Positions 25,735-36,100 of a stretch of DNA of 64,000 nucleotides are shown one piece after another; within the stretch, counting starts at the first letter, position 1; the number at the start of each line of letters is the position of its first letter. Under the pieces are notes generated by a model that was given only the letters and a program-made list of their open reading frames with translations, was not told the origin of the DNA and did not search any database. A program made the position numbers and the translations under genes. The stretch lies in assembly GCA_050084985.1 (NCBI GenBank), contig JBITNC010000001.1:6262001-6326000 (forward strand), given 5' to 3'. The DNA is from Nageia nagi. Taxonomy: Eukaryota > Plantae > Pinophyta.

Positions 25735-28700
25735 ATGCCGCCTAGGAGACAAGGTAGAGGTGTCGGTAGGGGCGTCGGTAGAGGCGTCGGTAGAGGAGTC
25801 GGTAGGGGTATCGACAGAGATGTAGCTGATGCGTATGCCCATATGAATCAGCAGATAGAGGATCTACATGTCGAAGTTGCCCGATTGATCGGTGCAATTA
25901 ATCGCATGGGGGGGAGGATACCCCATGTGTACCCACATCTAGGATCTGATAGTAAGAGCCTGTTTGGGGAAGAGGACTCTGGCGTTGAGGAGGAAGGAGA
26001 ACCGATACGTCCAGAAGAAGCTGAGAAAGGCTTTGAAAATCGATTAATCCAAGCCTTGGAGGGGCTAAAGGGAAATCGAGATGGGATCAAGATTGAAGTT
26101 CCTGAGTATGCTGGTGGGTTGAAACCAGAGGAGTTGATTGACCGGGTTAATAGCCTAGAGAAGTATTTTGAATGGGGAAACCTTGCAGAGGATAAGAAGG
26201 TGAAGCTTGCATGCACGAAGTTGAAGGGACATGCATTGATCTGGTGGGATCATTTACAAAAATCTCGACAGCAAAAGGGAAAAGAGAAGATCAGAGCTTG
26301 GGCCAAGATGAAGAAAAAATTAGAAGAAAAGTTTATTCCTATAGACTATTCCCAGATCTTATTTCGGAGGTTCCAAAACCTTCGACAGAGAGACCAAAGC
26401 ATCGAAGATTACACCAATGAGTTCTATAAATTATCCATTCGGGTAGAGCATAAGGAGACGGACCAACAGAGAGCTGCAAGGTATGTGAATGGTCTAAGCT
26501 ATTCTATTCAGGATGAGATAAGTATGCATCGCACTCTTACTGTAGAGGATGCATATCAAATGGCTTTGAAGGTTGAGGAAAAGCTTACGAGACGTAACAG
26601 AGGGGGAAAGAAAGGGTCGACACCCTCTTCAAATAGAGGGTGAGGTGGATCTAACTTCGCAAGGGGTGAATCTTCGATGACTGGGAAAAAGGAGGATCAG
26701 GTAGGACAGAGCCAAGACACCATCCAAAGAGGAAGAGGATATCCAAGAGGAAGAGGTAACGGTGGAAGGATAGGAAGTGGACCGGGGAAACCATTCATCT
26801 GTTACAGATGTGGAGAAGAAGGGCATAAAGCATCTGAATGTCCTCATTATGATGCAGAGGAGAGGGGTCCAGCTAGGGTCGCATTAGTTGAAGAAGAAGA
26901 AGAGGAAGAGGCTGAGACTGAAGTTGCTGCAGACACGGGTGAAACCCTCATGATAAGAAGGACCCTTGTTGTTCCTGAGAAAGTAAGCATGCAGGAAGGG
27001 GATAAGGAGGACTCTTGGTTGCGTAATAACATTTTCCGCACAAGATGCACTTCAGGAGGAAAGGTGTGTAACATGGTCATTGATGGAGGGAGTTGTGAAA
27101 ATTTGGTCTCTGATGTTATGGTGGATAAGTTACAGTTAAAATGTGAGGCCCATCCAACCCCTTATCGTGTTTCCTGGATTAAGAAAAAAAATACAGTGAT
27201 TGTTGATAAGAGGTGTTTAGTAAGCTTTTCCATTGGGAAGGCATACAAGGATATTGTATGGTGTGATGTGATTCCGATGGATGCATGTCATATTCTGTTA
27301 GGAAGGCCATGGCAGTATGATAGAGATTCAGAACATAATGGGAAAAAAAATACTCACACATTCTGAAAGGATGGTGTAAAGATAGTTTTGGTACCCATGA
27401 AGGAGGAGGGGCCAAGTGAGAGCTTATTGGCAACAAAGGAGTTTCTTGCAGAAATTAAGGGTGCTAGCTTATGTTATGCCTTAATAGCTAAAAAGGTAGA
27501 AGAAGGGGAAGTAGTTATACCCACAGTAGTAGCTACATTGCTACGAGAGTATGAGGACATCACACCAGAGGAGTTGCCAGATGGGTTACCACCAAAGAGG
27601 GATATCCAACATCACATGGACTTGATCCCAGGATCAGTTCTTCCGAATCAGGCTGCCTATCGATTGAATCCCACGCAGAATGCAGAGTTGAGTAGGCAAG
27701 TGACAGAGCTGATACAGAAGGGACTAATTCGGGAGAGTATGAGCCCATGTGCAACTCCAGCCTTATTAACCCCAAAGAAAGATGGGTCATGGCAGATGTG
27801 TGTAGACAGTAGAGCCATCAACAAGATCACAATAAAGTATCGATACCCAATGCCAAGGGTTGATGACATGATGGATGGATTAGCTGGTGCTCAATACTTC
27901 AGTAAAATTGATTTGCGAAGTGGCTACTACCAGATCAGAATTCGAGAAGGTGATGAATGGAAGACAACTTTTAAGACAAATGATGGATTGTACGAGTGGA
28001 TGGTGATGCCCTTTGGGTTATCTAATGCACCTAGTACATTCATGCAATTGATGAATAGAGTTCTGCGAGAATATAATGGTAAGTTTGTAGTTGTATATTT
28101 TGATGATATTTTGATTTATAGCAAAGGGGAGGAAGAGCATTTGTTCCACTTAAGATTGGTCTTAGATGTGCTCAGGAAGGAGAAGTTGTATGTGAACCTG
28201 AAGAAATGCAGATTTCTTCAGAATAGTCTAGTATTTTTGGGATTTGTAATCTCAAGAGATGGCATGCGAATGGATGATGAGAAAGTGAGGGTGCTTTTGG
28301 AATGGCCTACTCCACGAACTATGACAGAGGTGAGGAGCTTCCATGGGCTAGCTTCTTTTTATAGAAAGTTTATTAGGAACTTCAGCAGTATAACTGCCCC
28401 AATAACTGAGTGCACAAAGGGAAAGGATTTTGTATGGACCAAGGCAGCAGGAGAGAGTTTTGAGATCCTGAAGAAGAAGGTGTCAGAAGCCCTGTTCTAG
28501 TGTTACCAGATTTCAACAAGGTATTTGAGGTTGATTGTGATGCATCTTTTGTTGGAATTGGAGGTGTGTTGAGTCAGGAGGGCAGACCAGTTGCATTCTT
28601 TAGTGAGAAGTTGAATGATGCCCAAAAAAACTATTCTACATATGATGTAGAGTTTTATGCGATTGTGCAAGCACTGCAACATTGGAGGCACTACTTAATT

Positions 28701-30406
28701 TCAAAGGAGTTTGTGTTGTTTACTGATCATGAAGCATTGAGGTATGTTAACTCTCAGAAAAAGTTGAATGGTAGACATGCAAAGTGGGTTTCTTTTCTGC
28801 AACAGTATACATTTGTTTTGAAGCACAAGTCTGGTAAGCAAAATAAGGTTGCCGATGCATTGAGTAGGAGAGTCTTGTTACTGACCACTATGGAAAATCA
28901 GGTGGTGGGGTTTGAGCAAATCAAAGAGATGTATGATTCTGATGCAGATTTTGAGAATATTGTGCAGCAATGTAAGAACCCAATAGAGGGTGAGTCTCAC
29001 GCAAATTTTGATGAATATTTTCTTCAGAATGGTTACCTATTTAAAGGTAATCGATTGTGCATTCCCAATGGCTCTATGCGGGAGAACATCTTGAGGGAAT
29101 TGCATAGTGGAGGTCTGGCTGGTCATTTTGGAGTAGCCAAAACTATGACTCTTATAGCAGAGAAGTATTATTGGCCAAAGATGAAGAGAGATGTGGTTTG
29201 ATTTGTCTCTAGATGCAGGGTGTGCCAGACAGCTAAGGGCCATGCACAGAATACAGGGCTGTACATGCCACTCCCGATTCCTACAGGCCCTTGGATCGAT
29301 TTGAGCATGGATTTTGTGCTAGGGCTACCCAAGACCCAACGAGGTAAGGATTCCATTTTTGTTGTGGTGGATAGGTTTTCCAAAATGGCACATTTCCTTC
29401 CTTGTCAGAAAACTAATGATGCCACAAAAATTGCAGTCTTATTTTTTGATGAGGTTGTGCGGTTGCATGGTGTTCCTAAGACTATTACTTCTGATCGAGA
29501 TTCTAAGTTCTTGGGCCATTTTTGGAGGACATTATGGAGGAAGTTGAATACCAGGCTACAGTTCAGTAGTGCCTATCATCCACAGACCGATGGCCAAACT
29601 GAGGTGGTAAACAGAAGCTTGGGAAATCTTTTACGATGCATAGTTGGGGATAAGCCAAAGCAGTGGGATCTAGCCTTATCGCAAGTTGAATTTGCATATA
29701 ATAGCTCTGTGAATCGGTCAACAAGTAAATCCCCTTTTCAAATAGTTTATGGTCAAAATCTTAGAGGTGTTTTGGATCTGGTTGAGCTACCAATGGGAGA
29801 ACAGGTTAGTGATGAGGTAGAAGCCTTTGCTGAGCATATACACGAAGTGCAAGAATCAGTGAAAGCCAAATTACAAAATAGTAATGCTCAGTATAAGACA
29901 ACCGTTGATGCACATAGGAGGGTGAAAGTGTTTACAGAAGGTGATTTGGTCATGGTACATCTTCGAAAGGAAAGATTTCCTAAAGGGACATATAACAAAC
30001 TGAAGCTTAAGAAGATTGGGCCCTGCAAGATTCTGAAGAAAATCAATGATAATGCTTATAGAGTTGAATTGCCTGATGATTTTGATATCTCCCCAGTTTT
30101 TAATGTTTCTGATTTATTTCAGTATTTTGGTAATCTGGAGGATGATGGCTTACAAGATACAGTGGATTGGGTTCAACAGATTCCCAAGAAGAAAAAGATT
30201 GTGTAGCCCGTATACTTGATAAGAGGGTTACCACTACACGGCATGGGAACTACAACAGATATTTGGTTCAATGGGAGGGACTACCACAATCATCTAATAC
30301 TTGGGTTTCAGAGTCAGAGTTACAGAAGATTGATAACCAAAAGCTTCAGGAATTTCAATCAGTTGAACTCGCAGGAGCTGAGTTCTTTCTCACCAGAGGA
30401 GAATGA
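25735..30406 (+). pseudogene. gag-pol polyprotein of the chromovirus, with 3 in-frame TGA stops and 2 frameshifts
   Basis: ORFs 25735, 26677 and 27388 share one frame, separated by TGA at 26641 and 27364. A 1-nt loss at ~28490 breaks [13 protein letters not shown] at 29199. A frameshift at ~30195 precedes the chromodomain ILDKRVTTTRHGNYNRYLVQWEGLPQSSNTWV. Confidence 0.93.
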
Positions 30407-30888
30407 TGCATGCGTTGCTGAGGCCGTAACTTTTGATCCTGATGTCGTTTTGCTCCAAATTTTGGACTGTGGCCTCGTGAAGATTTTCTAAATATGGTAG
30501 TTCGCTAGAACTGCCATACCCAAAAAATGATATTTTAAGACCTGATTCATCAATATAAGGTCCTACAAATAGGTTTTTTTAAGAGCACTTCCGATTTTTA
30601 GGCTTTTTTGCATGTTGCGGCTTTAATAACTCTTGTTTTTCTTTTAGTTAAGTGCTGGTATTTTAGATAATGCTTAATTAGTGTAAGAAGGATGCGCATG
30701 CAAATTTTGGGCACAATCTGACTCATTTTGGTTTTTTAGCTTTTTTTGTTGCTATTTAAAAGGATTGTATTCTCTTGAAGAAGGGGTGTGGATTCAAGAA
30801 TAAGAAGAGTATTTGGTCCGGATTTCTTCTGTATATTCTGTGATTGGATTTCAATTTTTGTTTTCCTTTTACAGCTGAATTCACATCA
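30404..30888 (+). repeat. 3' LTR of the chromovirus
   Basis: TGATG...CATCA, preceded by the PPT and followed by TSD caacc. Confidence 0.95.
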
Positions 30889-31237
30889 CAACCCCACCTA
30901 GTGCATTGCCTATCAACTCCACACCTACTACCACACCCTCATCTATGAATGAAGGTTAAACACATTTGTCCCCACTAAGTTGAATGGGTAGTTTTTTTGA
31001 TTGTTTAATGTTACTGTCATTCTGATTTGTGTTTGGTGTTGCCATGTGCAAGTGGCAATTGTTGTCTTTTTATGATTTCTCACCTAAAACGGTTTGTCTT
31101 GTTTTGAACTATGCAAAGCGCTAAAAGTCACCCATTGTATTTGTTTGATGAAACTTTTCTTCCGTTTTAATTTAAAGCTCTTTCATTCAAAAAAAAAAAT
31201 CATTTTTTGCATAATTTCATTATTTATATATAAAGTT

Positions 31238-31310
31238 AAATTTGTGAATGTGGTACATTTTGTTCATCTCTTTAAAAAGGATGAACAAAATGTACCACAT
31301 TGACAAATTT
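31238..31310. other. Near-perfect inverted repeat (31-bp arms, 11-nt spacer)
   Basis: aaatttgtgaatgtggtacattttgttcatc / gatgaacaaaatgtaccacattgacaaattt, one mismatch. Confidence 0.9.
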
Positions 31311-33079
31311 GAAACAACGTTAATAAATGCTATAAACTTTGCTCTACTACTATGTAAAGCATCTGTACCATTGGCCTTACTATTCTGATCAAATTATAAA
31401 TTATTCTAGTTAATCCACAATAGTTAAATTTCATCTAGATTATTATACTTGTGGGCCTTTTTGTACAGGATAACAAATCTGGATATCCAAAAACCAGAAA
31501 ATGTCATTACGTGTCCGATCTTTTTATTCAATCTTTGATCAACTTGTAATTGGAGACATTAAATCGCTTAGTAAAACGTGATTGTGAGCCTCAAGCACTG
31601 TGTTCATAGTACTGATTTGATTGAGACAATATTGTTGTAAGAACAGTGACTTAAATTTACACCTTTAATGCCAAAAAAACATCTGAGGACATTATTACAA
31701 CCTTGCTATGCAACTTGGAAAAATAGAATAAAACATTTGTAATGAACACTAGCATGAGACATATGTGATGCAAGCTGATAATGTAAAATGGCACCAAACC
31801 ATCCTTGTAAAATGGCACCAAACCATCCAATTATTTTATCAAATGCCAAAAATCTTAATCCTGCATTCTTCTCTTAACAGCTCAAATAAAACATTTGTTT
31901 ATTTTCCAAACAAATATTAACAATATGATTTAGTTTACAAATGCCAGTATTTTCTTCACACTGAATTTATCAAAGAATATATGCCTAGAGGGGAAAGTAG
32001 CACAACAATTCATGTCAGGGCTCAGGAACTAAATTAAGCTATGTATCAAATAACTTGGGCATTAAAAACATGCACTCAAAACTATTGCCTTGTGGTTAAT
32101 GACAATTCTCTTAAGAATCGCCTACAAGGAAATTTTATTCACCTTGCAGTTGAAAAAGTCAACAACTAAATGTTCATGCATTTTTAAATGTTCGTTCCTC
32201 AACACTTTCATTGGTCATACACCTCGAACACTAAAATCCATAAATTATCATGAAAAGATACATAATTCAAATAAATATTTAATCGGCAAGTTGAACTGAA
32301 TCTTATTCTTACAATTCGAAGCCTTTGTTGAAAAAATTAATTTTCTTAGTGCCTTGTAAACTATCCTCAAACTATTCAAGAACTATATTACATGAATAAG
32401 CCATTAAAACAAATCCATCTAGCAGTTACAAGAGATACACAGGAAGTTCTCACAATTCAACCTAAGAAGAAAAAACACTGTAAAGCACAACACAATACCA
32501 TATTCACATTGTTAAAAGCTGGATTTGCAAACAATATAGCCCCAAAAAATTAAGTTGATAACTTCATGTTTTTTAAAATATTGTGCGAGAAAGGGTAATT
32601 TCTAGTGGAGTTAAAGGGTCGATGAAAAAGGACACAATGAAACAAGTCCCAGATTCTTCAAATAACATAATCGCATGAAGTTACAAGATCATGAACATTC
32701 TAAAAGCTCATAGAATTTAGAAATAAAGGTAATCACACAATTTCAAAAGACATAAAACAAAAGTGCAAAAATGCACAGTAACATTTGCATGGATAGAAAA
32801 TGGCTTCTAATACGTCAAAGGTGTGTATGAAACAATTTCAAACTCTCATATGAAATTGAATCTAAAAGTTCAAAAAGCACCTATTTATTACAGATTTGTC
32901 AAAATGACTAGAAAAGAGCAAAATGGAAATATTCTTCTTCAATAAATAAGGCCTGCTCAACTGGGCCACCAAAAGGAAAATCTCAAAATGTGAACTCAGA
33001 CATTTGCCTGATGATTGATACAAAATGTAATCAACACTGGGAATAGTTTGACCCAAAACACCAGGAACTTTACCTTGAT

Positions 33080-33178
33080 CTAGTTAATCTTTGATTTTGT
33101 CCCTTTCTTCTTGGGTTTCTTGCTAAATGAGTTCTTCATTCCAAGGAAGAAAAGTAAGGCTCCAAAAAGGGATAAATT
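33080..33178 (-). CDS. Coding exon 5 of the HR-lesion gene (99 nt including stop)
   Basis: tgcag|AAT TTA TCC...ATT AAC TAG. Confidence 0.92.
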   Translation of the reverse strand, partial: NLSLFGALLFFLGMKNSFSKKPKKKGTKSKIN

Positions 33179-36100
33179 CTGCACATGTAAGTGAATGTCA
33201 TAATTTATTACTAATCAATGTATCAAAATGTAACATAAAAGAAAAAACGTCACTAATAAAAGAGCCCGGTAAGTAACTCTCCCCAGAATTCAAAGACATT
33301 AGTTTATGTAATATAAAACTTGACTAATTAATTGGTAGAATGCCAAAAGTAAATTCTGTTCAAAAAAATATTACTGCATTTTGAGCTTCTACAGCCTTAT
33401 ACAAGATGACATTCAGGATGTTAGAGCTTATGCTGAAGACCAAAGACAAGAAAGGAAAATTACCAAGCAAAAAAGGAGGTTTAACAACAAACTACTATTA
33501 GACATATCATTAAACAGAACACATGCCCCGTACATACAAAGTTTGAAATATCTTAAGCAGGCAAGGTTCACAAACAGCAATAGATATCAATTTCAAGTTG
33601 TCCATCTTAATCATTGGATGGCAACTATGAAACCTAAGGTCTTGATATAGTACAAATATATAATATATTGAAAAATTCTTTAAATTTCTGACATTTTAAA
33701 TCCTGAGCGGCAACCTTTAAGAACGCTTTGTAACATGGTGAATACATTATATGTCAGGAATAGTAACAATGCATTGACATGAATGACATAATGTATTCAG
33801 GTTGCCTTACAAAAATGCAAATTGAATTTAAAATATTGACAGAATAACACATAATCACATGACAGTGAAATTACAAACCTTCAGAAACTGAACAAACTCC
33901 GAGAGATAAACAGGTGTTGCCATGTCATAGTTGTAGAAGTCATGCATGATTGGTGTCATAGCTGCCAAGAAAATGAGCTGCAAAAAACACGCAAACAGTA
34001 TTCAGTAAGAGTAAAATATGTTCAAAAACTGAGCTGATTTCAATTCCTGATTAGAGACCAACTGATAAGCAACAGGACGGAGACAAACCAGCATGTATGC
34101 CCCCAGGGTACTGCCAAAGATGAAGAGAATGCCTCCAATGCCTTCCAAGCCAATAGCTGCCATCAATAGATGCTTCATCTGTACATGCAATAGAATATAT
34201 TGATATGCTGCTTAAGTTAGTTGTCAACTATATTGTTATGTAAATGATATGAAAAACATGCTGCGCCATTTTGAACTATATGTTCATATTAAGTATAGGC
34301 TTTGCATTTACCAACTTTTTCATAGCAGAACTTAAGAAAATCAAAATATTATATAATAGTATGGCATGGCAGAATGCATTGACTAGCACAAAAACAAATA
34401 TTCTGTGGGGTTTTAGTCACTTGCTCACCTCAACATCCGGTACCTGGTACCCAAGGAGGGTCGTAACATGATTTTTAAATAACCCAAACTTAGGTTCCAT
34501 AGACTTTACTGCTGCTCCTCCATCAGTGCCAAAATCATTTATCCTGAATCAAATTTTCAGCAACAGGATCAATTTATAATCAATAGCAGAACATCTCAAT
34601 ATGATGTTGGACTGTGCCTAGGTTAAGTACACATGAAACTCAGTTACATAACTTCAAGCAACTATAAGCTTCTAGCTTTTAACTGACAACAATGCTTAGC
34701 ACGTATGTTCTGAAACTTTTAACCAATAGAGCAAAAAGCCCAAACCCTTGACATCCAAAAAACTCAATTTTACATATATTGTCATTACCCATATATTGTT
34801 AACCATAACTAAATGAGAAAAATCTATGGATGTTTCTCCAATCACTACTAGTATAGGTTTTCGGACAATAAAATAGTCAAGCAATCAACTACCGAGTTAA
34901 TATTATCATTACTGCAGCAAGAAAATCATAGAAAGGATTATTAATAGAAGTCACTAAATATCACATCTGACCATATGTGAGAATTGTTCAACATGTTTTC
35001 TGAAGGCAAATGGGTAAAATCTACACTATATTATAACATTGCTCTCCTATTATTAGTTTTATTTAGGTACATGTACAAAGACAGAGAGATGGAAATTATT
35101 TTATTATGAGATGTAGAAATATTGAGATTTTTACCAATTCAATATTAGGTTACCAACAAATATGAGGTTGATCAAAGGTGGTTGATCCTCACGCTATGGT
35201 TTCTGTAGCTCATCCACTCTAGGATGGTAACCTTAGCATCCCTAAAAGCTCAATGTAATTCCACACAACACTGCAGAGTGACCATAATGCTTAGGATAGT
35301 ATGTTACTTTGATATGTATTAGACAGACAAGATATGACATTGAATATATTTGGAATTTGTAAATACAGGGTTGGGTGCCTGTTCAAAAAATGCCTTTTTT
35401 TCATAATAAATAATTTTACCCTTACCAAAAAAATATTAGGTTACCAACAAATATTTAGTTACCTGCTTAATTTATGGGACTGATACACATAAATTACAAA
35501 TACAAATTTAGATTGTTCAGTTTAGTGATTAACGTCTCCATTATTTGATACATTTTGACAAGCAAGTGCCAAACTATGATTTCGGATGTAAACTAAAATC
35601 AAGTACCCAAGGCATTTCCATCTAGTGAAGACCTTGGCTCTCCTGCAAAGAATCAAAATGCTGGAATCAAGTAAATTAGGCAAAGTTATCAGACTCGGAA
35701 TTGGATCGGACTCGTTTAGCTGGAAGATTCTGATCTTTAGAGAATAGGCCAAAAATCAACAAAAAAATTGACATTGAAACAAATCATTTTTAGTTATCTC
35801 TCAACATTGCATATAAAATAAGACAACACTCCATATCAAATAACAAATTATACAAGCGAAAACATATTGTAGCATTGGATTTTTCAGTTTTTTACTACAT
35901 ATCAAATGTCCAAGGACCAAAACACATCAAAAATTTCCTAGTTCACAAAACAAAATCTGAACCAATACATTTATCTAGATTCTAATGTCCATTTTGTCTT
36001 TCTGTACCCCTTCTCAATCTCTCTTTTGTTGCTCTAGGCTTCTACTTCTTGGGAATATGATGGATCCCCTACTTGTGGTTGTGTTGGAATCTATCTCAAA

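Larger units (their letters stand above)
25226..30888 (+). mobile_element. Structurally complete Ty3/Gypsy chromovirus (CRM-like) with C-terminal chromodomain
   Basis: Paired ~485-bp LTRs, PBS TGGTATCAGAGCC, PPT ccagaggagaa, 5-bp TSD caatc/caacc. Domain order gag-CCHC-PR(IDGGSCEN)-RT(YFDD)-RH-INT(GPC)-chromodomain. Confidence 0.97.
19470..31199 (+). mobile_element. Near full-length degenerate L1-clade LINE (ORF1 + APE-RT-zf ORF2 + poly(A)), interrupted by an LTR element at 25226-30888
   Basis: ORF1 remnants HGPWYV..LVFQPW, PVWVKLP, VYVKIDLSKDL, CSRC..HKI.DC. ORF2 starts MIFISWNV at 20852, with GDFN, KRLDR, RAPGLDGFP, WRLITLLNVNYKIIAKALA, IDFEKAYD, VKQGCPLAP, HFTDD and a zf region ..HMFWQC (~24380). 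Sequence resumes after 30888 and ends ttcattc(A)11 at 31189-31199. The 5' boundary is approximate. Confidence 0.88.

Noticed and set aside
25546-26216. Overlapping and antisense ORFs across the chromovirus LTR and gag
   Set aside because: They are by-products of the GC-richer 12-bp GRGV-encoding repeat and the open gag frame, with no independent features.
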